A DNA stretch of 57,804 nucleotides from Alphaproteobacteria bacterium (lineage in GTDB: Bacteria > Pseudomonadota > Alphaproteobacteria > Reyranellales > JAQSWP01): positions 1 to 57,804 of the forward strand of contig JAQSWP010000001.1 in assembly GCA_029266575.1 (NCBI GenBank), in the 5' to 3' direction. The number at the start of each line of letters is the position of its first letter. Position 1 is the stretch's first letter. Shown piece after piece: positions 1 to 8,944 of the stretch. The notes beneath the pieces are model-generated. The model worked only from the letters and a program-made list of their open reading frames with translations, was not told where the DNA came from and did not search any database. The position numbers and the translations under genes are program-made.

Positions 1-802
1 CACGGTGATCGACGTCGCGCCCGACGTCACGCATGTGAAGCCGGGCGATCGGGTCGCGGCCTTGTCGCAAGGTGGCGGCGGCATCGCCGAACGTTTCGCC
101 GCACCAGCGCATACGGTGTGGAAGATTCCCGACGGTCTCGACGATGCCAGCGCCATGATCGTGGCCGGCACGCATGGCAGCGTGTTCCTGTCGCTCGACT
201 GGGCGGCGCGGCTGCAAGAGGGCGAAACGCTGCTGGTGCATGGCGCGGGCGGCGGCAGCGGATTGAGCGCGGTCATGCTGGGCCATGCGATGGGGGCACG
301 GGTGATCGGCACCGCTTCCAGCGCCGACAAGCGCGCCGCCGCGACCGAGGCCGGCGCTGATGCGATGATCGATTCGCGCAACGAGGATGTACGCGGCCGC
401 GTACTCGAACTGACGCAGGAGCGCGGCGTCAACGTGGTGTTCGATCCGGTGGGCGGGGATCTGTTCGACCAATCGCTGCGCTGCGTGGCACCGGAAGCGC
501 GCCGGGTCTGCTACGGCTTCGCCTCCGGCCGCATCCCGCAGATCCCGGCCAACATCCTGCTGGTCAAGAACATCACCGCCATCGGCTACTACTGGGGCTA
601 TTACATCGGCTGGGGACGGCAGATGCCGCCGCCGGAGAATTTCGTTCGCCTTCGCGACACCATGAGCATGTTGATGCAATGGGCCGCTGAAGGAAGGCTG
701 CCGAAAATGCCGGTAACGCGCTTTCCTGTCGAAGATTTTCGTGCCGCCATGCGCATGGTCGAGCAGCGCGAGGCGATCGGCAAGATCGTGCTGGAATTCT
801 AG
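1..802 (+). CDS. NADPH:quinone oxidoreductase / MDR superfamily (zeta-crystallin-like), 5'-truncated by window edge
   Basis: LLVHGAGGGSG nucleotide-binding motif, GVNVVFDPVGG, GFASGRIPQIPANILLVKN, C-terminal IGKIVL; the frame is open at the window start. Confidence 0.85.
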   Translation, partial: TVIDVAPDVTHVKPGDRVAALSQGGGGIAERFAAPAHTVWKIPDGLDDASAMIVAGTHGSVFLSLDWAARLQEGETLLVHGAGGGSGLSAVMLGHAMGARVIGTASSADKRAAATEAGADAMIDSRNEDVRGRVLELTQERGVNVVFDPVGGDLFDQSLRCVAPEARRVCYGFASGRIPQIPANILLVKNITAIGYYWGYYIGWGRQMPPPENFVRLRDTMSMLMQWAAEGRLPKMPVTRFPVEDFRAAMRMVEQREAIGKIVLEF

Positions 803-819
803 TTCGCCCCGCGCCTTTA

Positions 820-849
820 CACCTCGCCCCGCTTTAGCGGGGAGAGGTG
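820..849. repeat. GC-rich palindrome (REP-like / possible bidirectional terminator) between convergent genes
   Basis: CACCTCGCCCCGC-TTTA-GCGGGGAGAGGTG, 13-bp arms with one mismatch, in the gap between two stop codons. Confidence 0.6.
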
Positions 850-856
850 ATTAAAA

Positions 857-2476
<1,620 letters not shown>

Positions 2477-2559
2477 GCCCTATCCTCCCTGATGATCAAG
2501 GGCTTATAGCCGCCGCTGCCGATGCAGGCAAACAGCAGGGCGGTTTCGCGGGAGGAACC

Positions 2560-3027
2560 ATGCAGATCGAGCAAATGCTGAAGAAATTCACCGATGCCGT
2601 CGAAAAACACGATGGCGCAGCGCTGGGCAGACTTTTTGCCGAGGACGGCGTTTACCACGATGCGTTCTATGGCGCGTTCCATGGCCGGACCAAGGTGGCC
2701 GAACTGATCGACGTCTGGTTCTACAAGACGGCCAAGGATTTCAAATGGGACATGATCGAACCGGTGTTCGACGGCCGCACGCTCTATGTGCGCTACGTCT
2801 TCTCCTACAATTCGATCCTGCCCGAGGCCAAGGGCGCGCGGGTGATGTTCGAAGGCGTCAGCATCATGAAGCTGAACCAGGACGGGCTGATCGAGGAGTA
2901 TCGCGAAGTGGCCGATACCGCCCCGGCGCTATTGGGCCTGAATTTCCCGCCCGAGCGTGTCGCCAAGATCAAGCTCAAGCACGGCGCCGAACTGCGCGGC
3001 AGGGCAGAGGCGAAAGGGCATCTTTAA
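2560..3027 (+). CDS. NTF2/SnoaL-like domain protein
   Basis: 155 aa; LFAEDGVYHD...G.FHGR, FEGVSIM, GLIEEYRE pattern; GGAGG RBS. Confidence 0.8.
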   Translation: MQIEQMLKKFTDAVEKHDGAALGRLFAEDGVYHDAFYGAFHGRTKVAELIDVWFYKTAKDFKWDMIEPVFDGRTLYVRYVFSYNSILPEAKGARVMFEGVSIMKLNQDGLIEEYREVADTAPALLGLNFPPERVAKIKLKHGAELRGRAEAKGHL

Positions 3028-3040
3028 ACCCTCTGTCCCT

Positions 3041-3112
3041 ATCAAGGATATCAAGGACATCAAGGACATCAAGGACATCAAGGACATCAAATCTATCAAG
3101 GCAATCAAGATT
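3041..3112 (+). repeat. Tandem 9-bp array (ATCAAGGAC consensus), 8 units with the last three degenerate
   Basis: ATCAAGGAT, ATCAAGGAC x4, ATCAAATCT, ATCAAGGCA, ATCAAGATT read directly; two more units at 3168-3185. Confidence 0.95.
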
Positions 3113-3114
3113 CT

Positions 3115-3168
3115 TAGGGACGCTGTTACACCGCGCGCCTTGAAGCGCGTGGTGTGACAGTGTCCCTA
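3115..3168 (+). repeat. 24-bp inverted repeat / hairpin with TAG...CTA ends
   Basis: TAGGGACGCTGTTACACCGCGCGC-CTTGAA-GCGCGTGGTGTGACAGTGTCCCTA; the three non-Watson-Crick positions are all G-U on the + strand. Confidence 0.9.
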
Positions 3169-3289
3169 TCAAGGATATCAAGGACAAAGAGCTGGCGGCG
3201 AAATAAGGCTGTTTTGCTGGTCCGGAGGCTTGCTGGACAGGCCTGCATTCCCATGTGAGCATGCGTCTGCAAGGTAGCGAGGAAACGCC

Positions 3290-4411
3290 ATGGCCAAGCG
3301 CGACGATCGTCATATCACGCACGACAAGGCCTACAACACCGTAGCGCCGGACGATTTCCGCGCCATGATCGACGTCGATCGCTACGAGACGCGCTCGGAC
3401 GCCTTCGACGGCATTATCTCGGCGACGCACGATCATTTCTGGGATCCGTACGACCCGGCCTATCTCGATTTCACGCAGAAATTCGACGTCGAGAACGAAT
3501 ACCTGCTGCCGCCGGAACGGCAGATCGAGCTGAAGTCGGCGGTGGCCGACAAGCTCGATGAGAAGCAGAAGATCCGGCTGGTGAACGAGAACGTGCGCTG
3601 GTCGATGTCGCAGATCCTGCATGGCGAACAGGGCGCGCTGTCGCTGTCGGCCAGCCTGTGCGACATCCTGTTCGATCCCGGCGCGCAGGAATATGCCGCC
3701 AACCAGGCGCGCGAGGAAGCCCGTCACGTCGCGGGCTTCGGCCGCTATGTGAAGCTGCGCTGGGGCAAGCCCTATCCGGTGGGCGAAGCCTTGGGCGATC
3801 TGATCAACGAGCTGGTGCTGACGCCGATCGTCTACAAGAAACTGGTCGGCATGCAGATGCTGATCGAGGGCCTGGCGATGGGCGCGTTTGCGCACACCCA
3901 CGCCCACACACGCGATCCGCTCTTGAAGCGGCTGGTGCAGCTGGTGATGACCGACGAGGCCTTCCACCACAAGTTCGGCAAGATCTGGGCCGACCGCACG
4001 GTGCCGAAGCTGACGCCGCAGGAACACGAGATCGTCGAGGACTGGGCGGCAAGCTGTTTCGAGACCCTGCTGTTCAACCTTACCAATATCCGCCAGCGCC
4101 GGGTGATCTACGAGCAGTTCGGGCTGGACTGGGAATGGGTGCGCGATGCCGTGCGCGAGGTCTATTCCGACGACAATAGGCGCAACGACACGCGCGACCA
4201 GGGCAACATCTTCAACGTGCTGGCGCGCACCTTGTGGAAGGCCGGCATCATTACCGACCGCACCAAGCATGTGTACGCCGCCTGGGTCAATATCGAGGGC
4301 TTTGCCACCGACGGCGACTTCATGATCGGCGATGCGGTGGCTGCCGAAGGCATCGAGATGCTGCGCGAAATCAACAAGGGTCGCCGCCGGATCGGGCAGA
4401 AGGTCGCCTAA
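3290..4411 (+). CDS. Ferritin-like di-iron protein (AurF/N-oxygenase-like fold)
   Basis: Paired E...EEARH and E...DEAFH di-iron ligand motifs; 373 aa; GAGG RBS. Confidence 0.8.
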   Translation: MAKRDDRHITHDKAYNTVAPDDFRAMIDVDRYETRSDAFDGIISATHDHFWDPYDPAYLDFTQKFDVENEYLLPPERQIELKSAVADKLDEKQKIRLVNENVRWSMSQILHGEQGALSLSASLCDILFDPGAQEYAANQAREEARHVAGFGRYVKLRWGKPYPVGEALGDLINELVLTPIVYKKLVGMQMLIEGLAMGAFAHTHAHTRDPLLKRLVQLVMTDEAFHHKFGKIWADRTVPKLTPQEHEIVEDWAASCFETLLFNLTNIRQRRVIYEQFGLDWEWVRDAVREVYSDDNRRNDTRDQGNIFNVLARTLWKAGIITDRTKHVYAAWVNIEGFATDGDFMIGDAVAAEGIEMLREINKGRRRIGQKVA

Positions 4412-4491
4412 ATCCGAACAGTCGGCGGATCGGCGCAGACGAGCGTTGCGCAAGCGCCGCCTTGGCATGGACTGGCGCGTCTGGTACCCCT

Positions 4492-4509
4492 ACTGAACAA
4501 CCGTTCAGT
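4492..4509. promoter_or_regulatory. Candidate repressor operator (TetR-type palindrome)
   Basis: ACTGAAC-AACC-GTTCAGT, perfect 7-bp arms just upstream of the hydrolase start. Confidence 0.5.
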
Positions 4510-4520
4510 CAGTGGTATCC

Positions 4521-5408
4521 ATGACCAGCTCCCTCGTCCGCGCCGCCGGTTCCTCCAGCAAATCCGGCCCTGAGCGCCTGACCTTCCAGATCAAGGAAGG
4601 CCTGGTCCTGACCGCCGATGCCTATGGCGACCCAGCCAACCGGCCGGTGCTGCTGGCCCATGGCGGCGGGCAGACGCGGCATGCCTGGGGCGGCACCGCC
4701 AGGACTTTGGCCGAGCACGGCTGTTACGCCGTCTCGCTCGACCTGCGCGGTCATGGCGACAGCGACTGGTCGCCGGCCGGCGACTACCAGATCGATTATT
4801 TCGCCGATGACGTGCGCCAAGTGGCGGCCGAGCTTGGCCGGCCGGTGATGGTCGGCGCCTCGCTCGGTGGATTGTCGGCCATGGTCGCCGGCGGCGAGGA
4901 GCCAAAAGCAGATTTCGCCGCCGTGGTGCTGGTCGATATCGCGCCGCATATCGAGATCAAGGGCTCCGAGCGCGTGCTCGATTTCATGCGCGACAAGCTC
5001 GACGAAGGGTTCGCCACGCTCGAAGAGGCGGCCGATGCGGTCGCCGCCTATCTACCGGAGCGGCCGCGCCCGACTGACCTGAAAGGCCTGGAAAAGAATT
5101 TGCGCCGGCGCGACGACGGACGCTGGCGCTGGCACTGGGATCCGAAATTCGTCAGCGGCGACCGCAAGGTCGATGGCGCGCGCAAGCCGGACCGGCTGGC
5201 GGCCGCGGTCAAGAACATCACCTGCCCCATGCTGCTGGTGCGCGGCCGCATGAGCGACGTGATCAGCGAAAACTCCGTGCGCAAGTTCCTCGAGCTGCAG
5301 CCGACAGCCCGCTTCGTCGATATCGCCCGCGCCGGCCACATGGTGGCGGGCGATGCCAACGACGTCTTCACCGAAGCCGTGACGACGTTCCTCGACGAGT
5401 TGCGCTAG
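4521..5408 (+). CDS. Alpha/beta fold hydrolase
   Basis: HGGGQTRHAW, DLRGHGDS, GASLGG nucleophile elbow, AGHMVAGD; start could also be GTG 4512. Confidence 0.88.
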   Translation: MTSSLVRAAGSSSKSGPERLTFQIKEGLVLTADAYGDPANRPVLLAHGGGQTRHAWGGTARTLAEHGCYAVSLDLRGHGDSDWSPAGDYQIDYFADDVRQVAAELGRPVMVGASLGGLSAMVAGGEEPKADFAAVVLVDIAPHIEIKGSERVLDFMRDKLDEGFATLEEAADAVAAYLPERPRPTDLKGLEKNLRRRDDGRWRWHWDPKFVSGDRKVDGARKPDRLAAAVKNITCPMLLVRGRMSDVISENSVRKFLELQPTARFVDIARAGHMVAGDANDVFTEAVTTFLDELR

Positions 5409-5415
5409 CCTTACG

Positions 5416-5859
5416 CTACGAAGAAGTCGAAATTCCGTCTTTTCTGTCAAGGTAGTTGGCCAGTGCGGCATCTGCCTGCACGATATGGTCGCTAAGTTCA
5501 AACAGTGCCGGGAGCGCCGGATGTTTTAGTGCTTGATTGCGGTCAAGTCTGACGCCAAATAAATCGGACGACGCCCAAGCTGATTGGGCCGCATCAACAA
5601 TATTGACGTTGTACCGATCTTCATCTGCCCAGATATGGCAGAAGAATGCCGATCGACTTCCTGACCCTGCCCGCCTCGTCCAATCGCCGATGCCGATCAC
5701 GACATCGGCGCGAGGTTCATGTCCGCCTTTGGTAAGAACGGCTTTGTAGATCGCGAAAGGTGCGCCGTCGCGGGCAACGAAGCGGGTCAATATTTCCTGT
5801 TCGGCTCCACAGCACTGACATTCGTTAATTTCTGGTTGGTCGAACTCAATTTCATACAT
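5416..5859 (-). CDS. Hypothetical protein with N-terminal CxCC motif, atypical codon usage
   Basis: 147-aa ORF fills the gap exactly; ATG directly follows the amidohydrolase TAA (TAAATG); many A/T-ending codons. Confidence 0.7.
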   Translation of the reverse strand: MYEIEFDQPEINECQCCGAEQEILTRFVARDGAPFAIYKAVLTKGGHEPRADVVIGIGDWTRRAGSGSRSAFFCHIWADEDRYNVNIVDAAQSAWASSDLFGVRLDRNQALKHPALPALFELSDHIVQADAALANYLDRKDGISTSS

Positions 5860-7593
5860 TTATAAACGTCCCGCATCATGCACCACCGTGCCTGAGAACC
5901 AGGTGCGCAGCACTTGCGTTGAAGGCAGATCGTCCAGCGAGCAGGTGAAAGGATCGCGATCGAGCGCGATCAGGTCGGCGTGATGGCCGCGCGCCAAGGT
6001 GCCGATGCCGTCCCAGCGCATCACCTTGGCCGCATCGCGCGTCCACATCATGATCGCTTCCAGCCGGCTGACTTTGTGGTCCGGCGTGTCGTTGCGGTGA
6101 CCGCTGCCGCAGAATTCGTGGGTCTCGGCATAGCGGATGTGTTCGAACAGATTCTTCGGACCCCAATCGGTGCCACAGCCCACTTTCAGTCCGGCATTCA
6201 GCAGGCGCTTCAACGGCACCAGATCTTTGAGCACATGCTCGCCGATGCGCTCCCGATAGAGATCGCCCTTGCCCCAGGAGAAGCTCATCGAGGTGGTGAT
6301 GTCGCAACCCAGCGCCTTGTAGCGGCGCGCGTGCAATTCGGTGGTCAGGATGGAATGCTGGATCAGCCAGTCCTGGCCGGCGATCGCATGTGCCCCCTTC
6401 ATCCGCTCGCAGGAATCGAGGAAATCGTCGTGGTCGCGATAGCCGCCGGCGAGATAGTTGGCGCGCAGGCCGTGATCGGCGCAGTAGCGGATGAACTCGT
6501 CCTGCTTGTCGAGTGAGATGAAATCCATGCCACGCGTCGGCTCGCCCCAGGGATCGCGGTACGGCTCGTGCATGCGGATGAAGCCCGGCCAGCACGGGCC
6601 GCCGGCTCCCAGCGTAGCGCCCTCGATGCGCAGGAAATCGTCGTCGGTGACGGTCAATGAGCGCGCCAGATCGAGATTGGCGCGGAACTGTTCCATCGAC
6701 AGCGGCTGAAACGGCGGAAAGGCGGTCGGCTCTATCTCCAGCGCTGCGGCAACGCGCACCGTCATTGCGTTCCTGGCGCGCAGGCGGCGGTAGGCGTCGA
6801 TATGGGGCAGCACCATGTTGTGGCCCTCGTAGGCCGTGGTGACGCCCAGGCGATTGTACATCGCCATCGCTTTGATGGTGGTCGCTTCCAGATCGACGCC
6901 GGCCGCGGTCGGCAGCTTGGCCAGGATCTGGGTCCAGAACGGATCGAAGGTGTAATAGTTGTTGACCGGCCCGCGCAGGATGCCGGTCGGCTGGCCGTCA
7001 GCGTCCTTCTCGATCTCGACTCTATGCACTTTGTCGGGAAGCTCGCTGGTGATGCCGACGGCGCGCAGGCCAGCCGAGTTGAAGGCGCAGACATTTGGCG
7101 TCACCGGACCATAGGCGGAAAGGACGACCGGGTGGTCGGGCGTGGCGCGGTCGAGCACGCTTCGGTCGGGCAGTTTGCCCTCGGGCAGATCGCGCCAGGA
7201 GCGGCGGATGAAATAGAACGGCTCGCCAACCGGCGTGGTCATGATCCACTGGCCCTTGGGCGTGACGGCGGCGCGTTCGGCGATGCGGGCGACGATGTCG
7301 TCGTGATCCCTGGCATCCGACAGATCGACCAGCAGGCCGGAACGGGCGGCGAAATGCAGCATGTGCGGATGGGTGTCGATCAGTCCGGGCATCAAGGTGG
7401 CGCCGTGCAAATCGGTCTCCTGCGCGCCCTTGCCGGCAAGAGCGCGCATCTCGGCCGGACTGCCCAGCCCCAGGATGCGGCCATCGGCGAAGGCCAGAGC
7501 TTCATGCGTTGCAAGATCGCCGCGGCAATCGCGCACGTTCGCGCCGACGATCACTGTTGCGTTGGGCTGGCTGTCGCGATGCGTCCCGGTCAT
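5860..7593 (-). CDS. Amidohydrolase family 3 (YtcJ-like) metal-dependent hydrolase
   Basis: PGLIDTHPH metal motif, LDRATPDHPVVL, GTDW, GTLARGHHADLIALDRD; start taken at ATG 7593. Confidence 0.87.
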   Translation of the reverse strand: MTGTHRDSQPNATVIVGANVRDCRGDLATHEALAFADGRILGLGSPAEMRALAGKGAQETDLHGATLMPGLIDTHPHMLHFAARSGLLVDLSDARDHDDIVARIAERAAVTPKGQWIMTTPVGEPFYFIRRSWRDLPEGKLPDRSVLDRATPDHPVVLSAYGPVTPNVCAFNSAGLRAVGITSELPDKVHRVEIEKDADGQPTGILRGPVNNYYTFDPFWTQILAKLPTAAGVDLEATTIKAMAMYNRLGVTTAYEGHNMVLPHIDAYRRLRARNAMTVRVAAALEIEPTAFPPFQPLSMEQFRANLDLARSLTVTDDDFLRIEGATLGAGGPCWPGFIRMHEPYRDPWGEPTRGMDFISLDKQDEFIRYCADHGLRANYLAGGYRDHDDFLDSCERMKGAHAIAGQDWLIQHSILTTELHARRYKALGCDITTSMSFSWGKGDLYRERIGEHVLKDLVPLKRLLNAGLKVGCGTDWGPKNLFEHIRYAETHEFCGSGHRNDTPDHKVSRLEAIMMWTRDAAKVMRWDGIGTLARGHHADLIALDRDPFTCSLDDLPSTQVLRTWFSGTVVHDAGRL

Positions 7594-7627
7594 TTCCCGT
7601 CCTTGTTTTCCCGCCATGGTGCCGTTC

Positions 7628-7652
7628 GGAACCGGCCAAAGCCACACGCGTT
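7628..7652 (+). promoter_or_regulatory. Sigma-EcfG (general stress) type promoter
   Basis: GGAAC-N16-CGTT, 31 nt upstream of the MgtC-family ATG. Confidence 0.75.
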
Positions 7653-7683
7653 TTTACCGCGATACCAAAAATTCAGCGGGACA

Positions 7684-8190
7684 ATGGAAACGATCTGGTT
7701 CGACGACCGGCTGGCCGGAATGGACTTCGCCGATGCCGCCTTGCGGCTGGGCCTGGCGCTACTGTGCGGGCTGGTGGTGGGTATCGACCGCGAGGTGCGC
7801 AACAAGCCAGCCGGCATGCGCACCCATATGCTGGTCAGCCTGGCGGCAGCGAGCTTCACCTTGATCAGTTTCGATTTCCATTTTCGATTGGTCGCGCAAG
7901 GCAATGCCGCCAGCAGCGACCCGATCCGCGCGCTGGAAGCGGTGGTGGCGGGCGTCGCCTTTCTCGGCGCCGGCACCATCATCCAGTCCCGCCACAAGGT
8001 CAGCGGCGTCACCACCGGCGCGGGCATGTGGATGGCCGGCGCCATCGGGCTCGCCTGCGGCGGCGGGCTGTTCGCCATCGCCATCGCCCTGACCGTGGCG
8101 ATGTTGGTGGTCGTCACCGTGCTGGGATTTATCGAAGCCTGGTTCGAACGGCGCGCCGGCAAGCCGCCCGAAATGGAGGACAGCCGATGA
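7684..8190 (+). CDS. MgtC/SapB family membrane protein
   Basis: GIDRE...KPAGMRTHMLV, DPIR...VVAGVAFLGAGTI, GVTTGAGMW..GAIGLACGGG. Confidence 0.9.
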   Translation: METIWFDDRLAGMDFADAALRLGLALLCGLVVGIDREVRNKPAGMRTHMLVSLAAASFTLISFDFHFRLVAQGNAASSDPIRALEAVVAGVAFLGAGTIIQSRHKVSGVTTGAGMWMAGAIGLACGGGLFAIAIALTVAMLVVVTVLGFIEAWFERRAGKPPEMEDSR

Positions 8191-8357
8191 CATTGGACAA
8201 GAAACCCGCCGCACCGGCCAAGCCGGGCGTCAAGGAAGACACCAAGCGCCGGCCCCGGAAGCCGGAAGACAAGAAGAAGACGGCGCCCGGCCACGAAGGC
8301 GCGCGCTATGGCAACGAGAAGGCCCGGCCCAAGGATACCGGGCGCGAAGGGGCGTAG
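8187..8357 (+). CDS. Small basic hydrophilic protein (56 aa)
   Basis: ATGA overlap with the MgtC-family stop, GGAGGA RBS, GC3-rich codons; MTLDKKPAAPAKPG...GREGA. Confidence 0.6.
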   Translation: MTLDKKPAAPAKPGVKEDTKRRPRKPEDKKKTAPGHEGARYGNEKARPKDTGREGA

Positions 8358-8371
8358 ACGCCTTCTTGACG

Positions 8372-8467
8372 CCCTCGCCCTTCGACGAGCTCAGGGTGAG
8401 GGGCTTTAGCGTCCGCTTAGCCGGAGCACAAAGAATTCCTCATGCTGAGCCCGTCGAAGCATGAGGG
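8372..8467. repeat. Inverted pair of REP-like hairpins (core CTGAGC-N4-CGAAG)
   Basis: CCCTCGCCCTTCGACGAGCTCAGGGTGAGGG (8372-8402) and CCTCATGCTGAGCCCGTCGAAGCATGAGG (8438-8466) in opposite orientation between convergent genes. Confidence 0.8.
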
Positions 8468-8485
8468 TTCACAGGCAGCGGCCGC

Positions 8486-8944
8486 TCACCCCCGCCCCTT
8501 CATCATCCGCTTAGGATCGTAAAGCAGCACCGTTTCGCCGCGCTGGTTCTTGACCTCGTTGCTTGTGCGGACGATGGCGCGGTTGCCGATCGAGGTCTGG
8601 CGCAGTTCGGTGACCTCGAACTCGACATGGATGGTGTCGCCGACGAAGGTCGGGCCCTTGACGTCCAGCGTGCAGCCGAGAAAGGCCAGGCCGGTGCCCT
8701 GCATGGTGGACTGGATCAGCAAGCCCTCGGCGAAGGAATAGACCAGCGCGCCCGGCACCGGACGGCCGCCCTTGATGGCCGATTCGGTCTTCAGGAACTC
8801 GACGTTGTTGAACAGCACCTCGCCCATGCCGGTGACGGCGATGAAGGCGGCGAGATCGGCCTCGAAAATGGTGCGGCCGACGGTGCGGAAGCGGTCGCCG
8901 ATCTTGATGTCCTGCCAGTAGAAGCCCAGTCCCACCGTCTTCAT
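8486..8944 (-). CDS. MaoC family dehydratase (hotdog fold)
   Basis: MKTVGLGFYWQDIKIGDRFRT.GRTI.EAD, PTFVGDTI, KNQRGETV; ATGA overlap with the upstream gene. Confidence 0.85.
   Translation of the reverse strand: MKTVGLGFYWQDIKIGDRFRTVGRTIFEADLAAFIAVTGMGEVLFNNVEFLKTESAIKGGRPVPGALVYSFAEGLLIQSTMQGTGLAFLGCTLDVKGPTFVGDTIHVEFEVTELRQTSIGNRAIVRTSNEVKNQRGETVLLYDPKRMMKGRG

Noticed and set aside
2957-3157. Independent 66-aa ORF with IKD repeats
   Set aside because: Its start lies inside the SnoaL gene with no clear RBS; only plausible through the frameshift hypothesis listed in findings
3041-3186. CRISPR array interpretation of the repeat
   Set aside because: Units are 9 bp and contiguous with no unique spacers; no cas genes in the window
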